Assembly (NCBI RefSeq): GCF_036321535.1
Contig: NC_087437.1
Coordinates: forward strand, 39,744,001 to 39,808,000
DNA: 64,000 nt
Reading direction: 5' to 3'
Source: Camelus dromedarius
Lineage: Eukaryota
Shown: in pieces, positions 1-12,679 of the stretch
How positions within the stretch are numbered: position 1 is the first letter of the stretch
Layout: each line of letters starts with the position of its first letter
Translations under genes and position numbers: made by a program
The notes under the pieces: generated by a model
Told to the model about the DNA's origin: nothing
What the model saw: the letters and a program-made list of their open reading frames with translations, nothing else
Database searches by the model: none

Positions 1-80
1 CTCAGTTCTCTTCTTTATAAACTAACTGAGTTGAGCTGGATGACCCTAAGGACAGCTTTCATTTTACTAGTTGTGATTTT
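1..80 (+). mobile_element. MIR3/MIRc SINE 3' fragment
   Basis: ctcagtt..ctttataaa..gagttgagctggatgaccctaagg resembles the MIR3 core/3' consensus (ctcagtttcctcatctgtaaa..ttggactagatgatctctaagg). Confidence 0.5.
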
Positions 81-3000
81 CAACTACCCATCTTTAGCTC
101 TCCAGTATCATTCTCAAATGCCCATGTAAAAAAGAAAAAACTTAATATTGGGCTGGTGAATTTTAAAATAAAAGAAGAAAAAGAAGGACAAGTAGTTACA
201 AACCCTAGAATCCACAAAGCAGAAGATCACAGTTCAAACAAGGTTTAATTAAAGAAAGCTAACGTTTTAACAAATGCCATCACTAACAGAAAATGTTTTG
301 GCCCAACTCTCAGAGGGTCTGACTAGGATAAGCAAACTGAGGCAAGAAGGAGCTGCCCCTTGCCTTCTTCTAACTACATTTAGGAAAGGGATTTATGAAC
401 CTTAGAGGGCGGACAGTAGGGAAGAGATGAACCCCGGCCCCGGCTGTTCCACTCACATGATGGAACATTAATCTATTTAGAAGTAACCCTGGGTCAGGGC
501 TGAGCTCAAGGTAGTTGAGATTCTGCTGCCCTTGGCTGGAAAGGAGTCACCCTTTTCTATTCTCCCTGCTCCTTCTTGAGTGCTTCTGGGGTGTAGTAGG
601 AAGGTGACAGAAGAACATCTCTCTAGCACAGTCCATTTTTGTACAGCCCAACAGTTCTGCAGGGGTATACAAATCAACCTGTAGTTATTAGTTGCCTACT
701 GTGTACATGCCATTTTGTCAGGGGTGGGAGGTCCTACAGACACACAATGTCATCCTCATGATCCAGGGACGCAGGGAAAAGAGGGGGGCTCTTTTAATTT
801 CATCTCACTCTCCTGACAGAATTTATTATTAACACACATAAGCCAGAAGTCATTTCCTCCATTCTGGAAGATTTCACCCCAGTGGCCTGGTTTTAGTGCA
901 CAGCTCAAATAAGTACCCCCAAAATCTCACAATATTTTTCATAACCTTGCCTCTAGCAGAGGGAATAATGCTGAAAAATTTTAAATAAATATATATATAT
1001 TTAAAAACCCCACAATGATAGCCAATTAGTTCCTTATGTTACTCACAAGAAGCAAAAAAATTATATCTATTCTTAAGTCTATACCAAATTTTTATGTTCC
1101 CATCTGGCAGAGCCAAGCAATCTTTCTCTACTTGCAATGCCCTTTACCACCTTGAAACTAAAGCATCTGGGATGGAAAATCTTTGATATCCCTCTCATAC
1201 CAACCTTGTGAAAAAAGATATATGTCTAAGTTTATGGCGACAAACGGTGTCATTATCTCCCTTCCTCTAATATTTAACCAAGCTGAACACTCAGGGGGAA
1301 AATGTTATCTGAAATCCAACCACTTTATATACATTCGCTTGGTCTTCTTTTGACAATTCAACTAGCTTTTCTCACAAGTATCTCAAATACTTGTTTGGAA
1401 AGCTTTTCTCAAGTGAGTGTGCAAACAGGAGGAGGACTGTTCTTTAGCAATCCCTCCTCATAAGCCTCCAACGACACTATCTTCTTGTACTTTAGTTAAT
1501 GAAAAGATAAATACAGTCAGTGCTGTGCCCAGCTGTGTTTTTCTTACATGGAGGAATTCACAAAAGGAAAATTTTAAATCATACAGTTATCAGTGAACGA
1601 GCTTGCTAAAGCAAATAGATTTCGGTCTCCTGAGTTTGCTTCAATAAAAGATTAAACGCTAATAGTGCAATTTAACCACACTCAACAGATTTATGAATAA
1701 TCAAAGTTTGGAGGAAGGCCAGGCCGTTTAAGAACATTACCTAGCAAACAGATGCCAATAGTACACAGACATCTTCCCTGTAGCTAAGCAGCCGTATTTC
1801 CTATCACCCGATTCAATATTGACTGAATAATTGGCCTTTACAAAACATTTATTAAAACGCACCATTTACCACACACCCAATGCTTGTTTAAAAATTTCAG
1901 GCAGGGAGGCGGATGGGGCTGAGGGAGACACACAAGTTCTTTCTAATTACTAAGTGAATTTAATTGGTAAACAGCAACAAATCAGCTCTGGAATTGTTAG
2001 ACCAAGGAGCTGAATTGTCAGGAGTTCTTTAAGGATTAAGGGAATGAACACCTCATATGCAGTTTTTGATTAATACTTTGCACTATTACTATATAAATTA
2101 TGGTAATATAGATATATAACAATATAAAATTACTGCATCCTAACACTGTGAGTGGGGTTACTCTCAGTGCGCACAAAGCCCAGGTTCCATGCATTTACTT
2201 GCATGTTCTAGTGATACTGCTCCGTGGTCAGGCGGCCCTGGTTTTCTAAGATTAATACACTTAGGCATGGAGAGTTTGTTGAATGCTGTATCTACCCAAG
2301 GTAGCATGTTCAGTTAATGATTAAAAGAGCGTTGGAATCACGGGGCCAAGTTTCTAACTCTTTGCTTATTTCTCTATCTTATATCTTTGTATTCAGCTTG
2401 AAAAAAGAAAAACATCAGCTGATAGATTCATTGTGATAAAAGTCACCTACTTAAAAAAAATCTCTTGCTAACAAATTTGGGATACTATGTGGACAAAAAT
2501 GCTCTAGTTAAAATGCACTCAGCTTTGTTATGATGAACTCAAAACACTCATGGTGTGACAGGAAAATGAAAGCTATCACCATGTTTTACAGGTTAGCCAT
2601 GGCAGAAAATGCAACTGGATTCCAGGTGATCTCTTGTCGAATTAGAACAGGTTTCCTAATTCTTTGGCAACCTGTTCAATAAAAATCCTAGTCATGCTCT
2701 CTGTAGCAAGAATTCTTAATCTTACCTCACTTAATGGCAGGAAAATGAAGGCATCACTTGCCTCTGGCATTCAAGTACCTCTTGAGTAGGTTCTCAATCT
2801 GTTTAAGATTTCTCTGACACCTGGAGCTAATTAATCTAGTTCTTTGGTGCTTTTTTTGGTTACGTGAAATCTTTGGTTTCTTCAATTGTACTTGGACTTT
2901 AAAAACAGAGTAGGTTTCGTTATGGCAAAACTTGCCATTAAGTGGATTTAGAAATATTGTTGTCTAAATCTTGCCTTCATATTTAATATAAATAATTTTT

Positions 3001-4109
3001 ATTCACACTCACTTGGCGCAAACGTAGATGCTGCATGCTTTCTCCTAACAGTCATTTTAAAAGGCATCATTTCACTGTGTACATTCAAGCACACACAACA
3101 GCAATGTATAATACAAAATATTTACAAAGTCACTGCCCCCCAATCGGAAAGGGACAACGTTCTAGCCTAGTGCCTGGCATCAGAATCTGGATAAGAAATG
3201 ATGAAGTTTTAAAAGATGGATGATACCCAAGCATTGGGAGCTAGCTAGCTTGATAAGTCAGATTTATAAAAACTACAATAGAGAATAGGAATAGATATTC
3301 AAATTAGAGAGAAACAGACCCTAAGTACATGAACAAAGTGCTCCTCTTCACAGATAACTGAAGTTCATCACAAAGAAATTTTAAGGTTCCATATTATATT
3401 ATGTGTGTGTGTATATATGTGATTATATATATATAATTTATTCCATTTGTCTGTCTAATTGTAATTTTAAATTGTATATGTTAAAACATATTTTAAATAC
3501 TAAACTCAGTGTAAATAAGAACACTCATATGCTAGAGGCTATGAGAACTGTTAGAACCCTTTGCGAAAGCAAGGAAGAAATACGTACGTGTATGAAAAAC
3601 ATATATAATATGTATAAAAATATTAAGATGTTTATACTCTGTCTTTATAACTCTACTGTTGAAAATTTTCCTTAAATCCGTATCAACGACAAGTAAAAGC
3701 TATATTTGTTCATTTATTTATTGTGGTGTTACACCTCATGGCATAAAATTATAAATCATGCCAGGAACTAATAATAGGGGAGAAAGTAAATGAACTATTG
3801 TACAAGGATAGGCTAACACTTATAATCACAATAATAATTATAAAACTAATGCAAAAACATAGGCCCATATTTAGGATTAAATATTAAGCAGGAAAAAGTT
3901 GAAACAATATGAAAATTAATTAGGCAGAGCCAAGGAAAACTTGAGAGTAAAATTGTTTTCAGTGTTTAAATTTTTTTCTGTACTACTGTTTCTATGTTTT
4001 AAAAGTGATGACAAGAAGTTGAGGCCTTCTCAGCTACATTTAAGTGTGAGGTACAACCTTGCCTGTCCTGAGAACCCCCCTCCATGTTGACAGTAGCAGG
4101 GACTAGTCT

Positions 4110-4330
4110 CTTTTCTCCAATAGGAGCCAATCCCATAGGACAGCTATCCCCAGGGGCACTGGTGTGGCAGTTGGCTTTCTGAGCGCCTCTCGAACTCAAG
4201 CAGTCTAGGTTTGAAATGACGTCCACTCTCCTTGAGAGCCACTCCCTCCATATCAAAGACTGTCCTTGGCACAGCACACGGAGAAAGTGTGCAGCCGCAG
4301 CCCTGAGCACAGCCTGGGAAGCCAAACAGT
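4110..4330. promoter_or_regulatory. Promoter/enhancer-like motif cluster (tandem CCAAT, CRE-like)
   Basis: CCAAT at 4117 and 4127, TGACGTC at 4217, locally raised GC/CpG, not repeat-derived. Confidence 0.3.
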
Positions 4331-5629
4331 CCTGGTAAGGGGACACAGTCTCATCACCAGGCGTCCTTTTGTCGAAGCATAAACACCTCGATGTCAAATC
4401 ATCAAAGAATCACTTAACTTACCAAACAACTGCTTATTGAGAAAGTCAGGGAAGGAAAAGGTGGCTTTAACACTGCAAAGCTAAAACAACCACAACCAAA
4501 AAGGACTTTCCGAGTTTATAATTTTCTTAAATGTCCGTATTTTAAAACCAGATATTTATTGCCCTTTTAAAACATCTCAGGGTAACATTTTTAGTTCTGC
4601 AACACTGCTGCTAACATTCCAAGACCAGCAACTGCAACTGCCCATAAAAAAATTAACACTACCAAGGCCATTTTTTTCCATGCTTAAGCTCACGCCAATG
4701 AAAACTACCCTATAGGCATAAACTTGATATTTCTGTTCACCACACATTAACCCAGAGTTCCTCGGGGTGTGACACCCAGGTCACTTCTGTGATGCAGATC
4801 TCTAAAAATCTGGCTGGAAACCTGCATGATTGAACACCCCACTCAAGGCAGGGCGCAGCCATTGCTCTTCTCTTCTTCTACCCAACCTCCACTTAGTCTC
4901 GGAAGATTAACCCTTGGGCAGTACGAATTCACATTGCCAAAGGCAAAACGAGTTCCTCCTGAGGCTTGTGAAAGTGCATTCGTTCCCAAAGCAGTGCCCA
5001 GAGACTGCGAGGGTTGGGGGTGTGGAAGGGGGTCTCACATGATTCATAAGAGACAGAGAAGAAGTAGCTGAGATGGGAATTACGGGGAGTTGCAGTCTCT
5101 GGAAGGAACAGAACTGCAGGCTCCTGGAAGTGAAGAAACCACAGTGGTGACCTAGCATAGCCCTTTCCATGCAGCACACAAAGCAGTTAGGGACAGAGAC
5201 CCAGTCTATGTTTCTTTTCACTGCCCCAGAATATTTTGAGATGAGAGATATGGGGACAGAAGGAACCTGGTTACAGAGAAAGAAAATCCTAAATTTTATT
5301 ATAAAAGAAATGTGATGGTAAATGAGAATGAAATATTATGTATCAAGATAATCCCTAAGATGTATTCTGATAAGGCTCTAATATACTTTTTAAATTATAT
5401 CGGGACACTGAGGAGAGCATCTCAGAAGCTGGAGATGGATGGCAACTTCACAGAAAGAGTGTTAAGAAAAGGAAAGACAAACCATTTACACACCTGGCTG
5501 GTCCCCCAGGACCTTTGAAAGTCAGTGGCTGCACACTGACTTCAACATAGACTCCCGAGCACCTCCTCTTTGTCTGGCCATGTAATTCCCCACACCCCAT
5601 CCCTCACACTGTTCCAATAGAGAGAAAAG

Positions 5630-5760
5630 GGTCACGGGGTGGGCACCACGTGCAGGAGGTCAATTCGACCTCCCTCACATCTGGTGTGGGCAGGAGGAGG
5701 GGAGGAGGAGAGGGCGGGCTTGGGGGGCGGGGTGGAGCATGGGCTGGGACAGCGGGGAGC
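5630..5760. promoter_or_regulatory. GC-box/E-box/ERE-like element with G-rich tract
   Basis: CACGTG 5647-5652; AGGTCAattCGACCT 5657-5671; GGGGCGGGG 5724-5732; several GGG runs. Confidence 0.45.
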
Positions 5761-6137
5761 AAGCTGGATGAAGAGAGACATTTCACCCCATTAACTTTTG
5801 CTGGAAATATCTACCCACCCCCCAAAACACAGGAATATGACAACAGGTAGACAGCTTCAGAAGAGGAAAACTGCATTCAAACTGCTACCGCTGCCCAAAT
5901 GCTCTTTTCTATGAACATTTAGGCATTTATAAAGACACACACCCAGAGTACCCCCTGGCCACAAATAAGGCATCTTTACAATTTACAACGTCTGTCAAAA
6001 GCAAAGGTATACAAAATATACTATACAATTTTGTCCATCTGCCCCCACCTACACATTCAAAATCAGAGATGACTTTAAAAGGTAATGTTTTGAAATGTTA
6101 AAGCCATAGATGCTGTAGGGGTGCTCGAGCAAATTAC

Positions 6138-6190
6138 CTTCGTCTGGGTTGCTGAAGTTCTCATCGCAAAGAGGGAAACGCATCATGCTT
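6138..6190 (-). other. Candidate 53-nt spliced exon
   Basis: Minus strand: branch-like CGCTGAT, CTTGCTTATTTCTATATAG|AAGCATG...GACGAAG|GTAATT; could encode MMRFPLCDENFSNPDE, which I do not recognise. Confidence 0.45.
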
Positions 6191-7125
6191 CTATATAGAA
6201 ATAAGCAAGCTACATCAGCGAAACATGCCAGGAAGAGAGAATGAATACAACCCCCACCATTAATACTAAAACTAGTCAATAATTATCTAGGCGGTATCAG
6301 TTATGTTTTTGGTGCATCCTGGTTGGTCTCTAAGTAAAGAAAGAGAGGGAGCTTGCGAGCAGTATCTGGGAACGCTGCGGTTTCTCTGTAGGACTATTAT
6401 CCCAGGCGGCATGTGTGAAGAACAGGGTGGGGATAGTGCGTAATCTGCATGTTTACTGCTTCAACATTCTACTCACTTCTGGAGAATTACTGCTCATCCT
6501 AAGCCCCACAAGGGGAGCAGGAAGTTCCTACTTACTGGCAATTTAGTTCTTGGAAACCCTGGGAGGAAGATGCGCTTGGTCACGGCCGTGTGCAGGTCAC
6601 CGAGCCAGCCCATTGAGCTGGATGGGAGGAAGGAATGAGTCACAGTCTCCCAGTTCCTTAAAGATGAGTGAGGATTAGTGCTCATTTTAACATCAGTCTG
6701 ACTATCAAGAAAGGAAAGATACATGTTCAAGAAAAATCATTTGTTTAAATCCAAGGAAATTTGATCATAAGAACTAGAAACCTAAGAAAGCTTTTCTGTA
6801 AACGTGTGTAATATACTTCATGAACTATAAAAATATTTTCCTATTTCATAGCATTACATCACTTTCCAAATAGAAGTCTTCAAAACTATGGGGGTTGATG
6901 AGCAGAGACAAAGCAAAAGGTTGGAACAAAATAAACCCTGGAGGACAAGATTAGAATCCACATTCCAGCCGCAAATTAAATGATGTTAAACAGAGCCAAA
7001 GGACAAGTTTTTTTCACGTAAAAAGGCTATAATATAAACATTGTCTATAATATATATAATACATATAATATAGTTTATATACAATATAAACTAGATCTGT
7101 ATGAATGTGGCAAAATGATCTATAT

Positions 7126-7380
7126 CTACACTGCCAAATACGGTAGTCACTCACCATATGTGACTATTTATATAGAAAATTATTAAAATAAATACAATTT
7201 TAAATTTGGTACTAACACAATATTGTAAATCAACTATACTTCAATTTTTTTTAAAGTTAGTTTCTTATCAGCAGTAGTCACATTCAAGTGCTCAATACCT
7301 ACATAGGACTAGGGGCTACCATATTGGACTGCACAGATTACAGAACATTTACATCACTGCAGAAAGTTCTGTTGGACAGG
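7126..7380 (-). mobile_element. MER3 (hAT-Charlie MITE), interrupted by an L1 tail
   Basis: Matches reverse MER3 consensus: aatacggtagtcact..caagtgctcaata..ggctaccatattggac..gcagaaagttctgttggacag. Confidence 0.85.
7208..7250 (+). mobile_element. 5'-truncated L1 3' terminus (laurasiatherian/cetartiodactyl type)
   Basis: actaacacaatattgtaaatcaactatacttcaat is the typical L1 terminal motif, flanked by a tttaaa(t/g)tt duplication. Confidence 0.75.
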
Positions 7381-8453
7381 TCAGATTCCAATGCCCATAA
7401 TGGACTTTAAAGTGAGCACTGATATACAATATAAACTGAAATAAAAAGACATGGCTCCATAAAAGTGCACAGTAGGGAGTGGCACAAATCATAAAAAAAA
7501 ACTTTCAATTTTACTTTGGCTCAATCTTTATTTAGGAATAAAAATTAGAAAACAGGCAGGGCAATAGTTAGGCCAAGTAGCCAGGTTTCAGGGAGAGTTC
7601 ACAGTGAAGTCCTTCCTTCAACCTAGAAAGGTATAGATGGCTGTGCGTGTGTGCATGTGTGTGCAAATATTCTCTGGGGTATCCAAAGCATGACCTTACA
7701 CAGAGAAATGTTCATCCTAGGACCCGCCAAGATGACAGAGTAGTGACATTAAGGCAAGGACTTTAAATAAAATGGGAAGTCAAAGCTCCCTGGCACCATT
7801 TGGTCTAACCTCAAAACAGATCACTACAGAAAGTGTCATTCTTTGAATAGAGCAACCAGGCATTTTCTGTCTTCAAGGGGTTAGATGTTCAAGAAAGTTT
7901 TCACTTCTGAACTTTGCTCAGGATTGACATGATTGTCCAGGTGTTGTTGGGTCTGGTTTTGGAAAGTCTCCTGCCTCAAATATTTAAAGTATGCTATATC
8001 TTGTAAGCAGGAGGGCTTGATAACATCTCAAGGTCATTCACTGTGTTGGAACATTGATATCCTGGTAAATAGCTTAGTTTTCCAATGATACACAAATATC
8101 CATTTAAAATACACTGTGTGATTTCATTCTCTCCCTTTTTTTCTTTTTCACTGCTCCCAGTTGATAACGTTGATAATGTGTGTGTCCACATGCTGGCATG
8201 TGTGGGGCGGTCACGTGGTTATAATAGCTGTACAAAACTAAAGCTCCAGAACTATGTATTCAGTGTTGAGTTGCAGATTAAACTGGCTTGAAATGCTGGA
8301 CACAACACAAATATTTTAAAGTATACCTGATTCTAATTAGCACAACTGTAATAAAATTTCAGTGCTTATGAAATTCTAAAACTACATGTTAATTGTCATA
8401 GTGTATTGATTATTTACTAATGCAACTTAAATTTCTTTTTTCTTTCACTCTAG

Positions 8454-8542
8454 GTGAAACTTTTGTCAAAACTAGGGGACACTCACTACAATGTTTACTT
8501 CTTGTGGATTCCTTGGTACTTTTACTGATGATTGAAATCCAG
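8454..8542 (+). other. Candidate 89-nt plus-strand exon
   Basis: TACTAAT branch point, TTTCTTTTTTCTTTCACTCTAG acceptor, CAG|GTATGT donor. Confidence 0.5.
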
Positions 8543-8929
8543 GTATGTTAGAATAAGAGTCACTTAAATGTATGCACATAGCATTCCACAAAGCACTGTG
8601 ACAATTAACACTGAATAACACTGAATTTGTCTGCTGTGGCCACACAAGCAGGATCTTGTGGCAAGTGGTATTTTAAAAGAGAAGAAAAATATCAGATTGA
8701 TTAGGTTATATGCCTAAGGACTTTAAGCCTGAATTCATTTCTAAAAATTAATTTTAATTACACAAGCAATATATGAATGCATTTCTCTTGGAAAATCTTA
8801 TCCGGCATTATATATAAGGCTAAAGCCCCTCTAACTGCAACTCCATTCATACTCTCTCTCCCTTTTCAGAGGCAGCCACTGTTATGAGATGATGTGTACG
8901 AGATCTTTTTTATTCTTTTGCAGCTGCTC

Positions 8930-9240
8930 ACACATATCCAAGAAGGCATGTATAAGGAGATTTGGTGCAACATTGTTCATGGTAACAACAAAAAATTGGA
9001 AGCATCTTAAATATCCAACGATTAGAAAATAACCAAAGTAATTGAGATTTAAAAGAATGTGCTAAGTATATGTTAAATAATTTGTAATATCTAAAGTGCT
9101 TAGAAAGTGTATGGCACAGAATGAGCACAATATATAAAACTTTTGCTATTTCCAATATACTAACATATATATGTACTGAGTGAAAGACACACACTGCATA
9201 AAGATACAGTATGAGGCAATTTATGTTAAGCATACAAGCG
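8930..9240 (+). mobile_element. Old L1 (L1ME-like) ORF2-end/3'UTR fragment
   Basis: catgtataaggagatttggtgcaacattgttcatggtaacaacaaaaaattggaagcatcttaaatatccaac resembles the L1M consensus. Confidence 0.65.
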
Positions 9241-9257
9241 CAGGTGCGTGCACCCAT

Positions 9258-9260
9258 GCG

Positions 9261-9320
<60 letters not shown>
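9258..9320. repeat. (GC)6(CA)26 compound microsatellite
   Basis: Directly visible. Confidence 0.98.
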
Positions 9321-9323
<3 letters not shown>

Positions 9324-10264
9324 ACACCACGTATTCTCTAGGAGCTCCAGGATTCCTTTCACTCCATGAGGCTTCATGATGATACTTTTCAAACACAGTA
9401 GAGTAAGAGAGGAAACAGATATGTGTATTTCATATGCCTCAATAGTGTTTCTCTGTTCCTCACCTTTACTAACTTTCAAGGACAGTTCATTTTGTCCTTA
9501 ACTCTCCATAAGCACGCAGAGTTCAAACCTAACCCCTCCCCCCAAAACAAAGAAGTGAATAAAAGCGAAGAAGCCAACAAAACTGAGTGAGCGTGAACCC
9601 TGCTTTGCCAGGTTCTAACTCTTCTGTTTCCATGTGGAAGCACCTTGTCAGATAAACCATAATTTATAGCAAAAGAAAGGAATTGTGCTCTACTGAGCAA
9701 AGGATTCAAGAGATGAATTTTAGTCCCGCTCCATCAGTCTCCCAAGTGGGCACAGAGCAAGTCCCTTAACTCCCCACACCAGAGGCTTTGGACATAGCCT
9801 TTCATTAATTCTGCAGTGCCTAATGGGGGTCCTTTCTTCAAGATCATGCATGTCCCTTACAAATGAAGCTTCCTGCAAAGACAGGCAAGAGATCAGATTA
9901 AGCCTCTCAGTATATATTACTACTGTTTCCTCTTGGTTCTCTGTTTTTCACAATGGTTAATTCTCAGAGGGGCCCCAGATGTGAACTCTGCTCCAATGAC
10001 TAAATGAGACTGTAGCAAGGGAGCTCACACCACAGACCATTCTTTTTGACTTCCAACCAGGGTTTCTCCCAGAGAGATACCCCTGTTCCATCTGCTCCAG
10101 TGAAACTCAGATCCATTCCATTAATCATTCGGTCTCAGGGTTTCCTTTCCTAACCCCAAAGAAATCTTAATTATCTTCCTGGCTCAAAGTGTTTCTGCGT
10201 GGACAACCTCAAAATTCTTTTAGTAGAGAAGCATCATAGATGCTACACTTAGAAACATGGCACC

Positions 10265-10320
10265 AAGCACCATTCCTGGAACAAAGTAAACTCTAAAGAA
10301 ACATTTGTTGAATGAACAAT
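10265..10320 (+). mobile_element. L2 3' end
   Basis: cctggaacaaagtaaactctaaagaaacatttgttgaatgaa resembles the L2 terminal consensus. Confidence 0.6.
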
Positions 10321-12679
10321 GGCAAATTTTTACAAATCTGATGTATGGGGATCTCATTTGTGTATTATATTTATATTTTCCACTAAGCTCTGTACCAACA
10401 GATATGCAAATGCTCCATTATTTCTCTCTTTTTAAAGGTTTATATTAGCCTTAAGCCTCCTGACACTCCCTAGGCTGTCATCAGTTTTATATTCACCCCA
10501 AGACAAGTCTTGATTTTACCAAAATCTCTGGTGATTTAGTCAGTCTGCAAATGGACAAGTCCAGTTCTGCAAACCCAGATCCAATCCTAACTACCTACAA
10601 CTGGAGTCCAATTTATTTTTAGTGCTTGAATGTAAATTTTAAACCACACTGTGCCAAATTAATGTGGTAAAAAGTTAGTGGGCTTCCAAAGTTATTTTGA
10701 GAGTAGTAACATAAAAGTCAACATAGGAAATAAAAGTTTGGTTTTTTTTTTATAACCTCAGAAACATTACCCTCTAAGGGTTGGATGGAAAGTTTCATGA
10801 GGTTTATCTATACAACTGCAAGATTATTCATATTAATTCCCTAATTAATAAGATAACCATTATGCTAGAATAATGTTTGATAACCAATACGCTAGAATAA
10901 CAGACAACAAAATAAGAAAAGGGGAAGCTGAGTGGTCAAAGGGAGTTGTTTTAGAGCATCTCAGCCAGCACGGTCCAGAGAGAGCAATAAGCACTCCGAA
11001 CAGTGACCCACTCACTCTCCTTCCAATCAGTCCCTCATCTCCTCCACTGCAGTAGCATTTATTTGACCTGGAAAGACAAGTCAAATATTGGGAACTGTTT
11101 GATTCTTTCCAGAGGTGTTGACACACTTAAAAAACTCTCAGTAGTTTGAAAACACAAACATTCCAACTACAAATTACATTGTGCTGTTGGCCACTCCCAA
11201 CTCCGTTCAGTAGAGGGTCGCTAATGCCCTGTCCTGGGCAGGCTCAGGTGTACTTACCTGAGTTGGTTCTGAGTGAAAAAGCAGAACAGTCTTTACCCTC
11301 ACTATTTGACAGATCTTTAGATTAAATTAAATTAAGTGATCCATTCAGGGTTGATTTAGTTCACCAAAGTTGTGTTTCTAACTTGGTCTCTACTTTGAAT
11401 TTCTAAGCATCTCCTCCAAATTGGGCAGGGGCCCTGCCTCCCTGCACCTCATCCACCACCATACTAATCAGGACCTCAGCAACCCTGGCTGGACTAGGGC
11501 CTGACCACAAATTCCAATCTTTCTTGTGGTTTGAGTCACGCCTTTGCCTTGTATTTAGAATCAAGGGTCTTGTTCCCTGGCTAGAACGTTGGAATCACTG
11601 GGTAAATTTTTTTCAATACCACTCTTCCCGTCCTCCTCCCACTGCACACAAGAAGACCAGGGTAAGTCCCTTGTTCAATAGTTGCTGAGTGGGAGCTGTG
11701 TGATACAGATGAGGGGAGAGGAGAGGAGAGAAAGTGGGTAAGTGGGTGGTGATGGTAGAAGCACAAAAAGGGAAATCTGGGGGAGCAGAAAAGAGAGAAA
11801 AAGAAAAAAAGGGAGCCTTCTGGATTCCCAACAATAGAAAGGCTAGAGAATTCCATTCCAGGAAATTAAAGAGATTTCACATGTTTGTGTATGTACATGA
11901 ATATGTGTTTGTGGGTATGAAAATATAATTGTATACACATATAGTTTTGTTTTGTGATAACATAATCAAAGATGATGTGATTTAGTTAACAGCTACTTAT
12001 TTAAGTACCTCTTATAAATCCTATTTGATTTATCCTATTCAGTCTTCATTGTAATTAACAATAAGATTGCCTGGTGACTTGCTGTTTTGTTTCTTTTCTT
12101 AACCAAAACACAATACTGCCCTTCTAACAGAACCAGTTCACCCCTTTGATTATTGACATTTCTATTGCTTCCCCAAGGGCAAATGCTCTGCTATTTTGCT
12201 TGCAAAACCAAAAAGAGTAGTGTTTTATTGTTGTTATGAAAGGGTCAAGATTTTTAAAAGTACCACCCTTTAAAGTTCTTCCACAGAGATCTCTCTGAAA
12301 TGAACAGTAGTCCCACAGATAGAAATTATAGGACAAATAAGGCCAGCTGTCATTGTTGGTCATAAGTCATCCAAACTATAACTCTTCTGAATGAAATAAA
12401 GTTGGCAGAAAGGAGGGGGAGAATAGCTCTCGAACATGCCACAGGATGAGGCCCAAACTAGGGCTAGAGCCATCTTTCTCTCTTACTCTAAACATGTCAT
12501 TCATTGGTCAAGACCAGCTAAATAAATTGCTGTGTAATGCCTGCAATTTTCATGCATTTCTTTAACCATAAAATGATTATCGTGAGCAATCTATTGTGCA
12601 ATCCAGACAACTCTCTGAGCTTAATTAATACACTTTCTTTTAAGTTTTATAACAATTTGTCAATTCCCATACGAATGAA

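Noticed and set aside
3999..4397. 132-aa ORF
   Set aside because: Non-ATG start, no recognisable domain; an open frame is expected in GC-richer sequence
8928..9479. 183-aa ORF (longest in the track)
   Set aside because: Runs through an antisense L1 fragment and the CA microsatellite (VCVC run); not a gene
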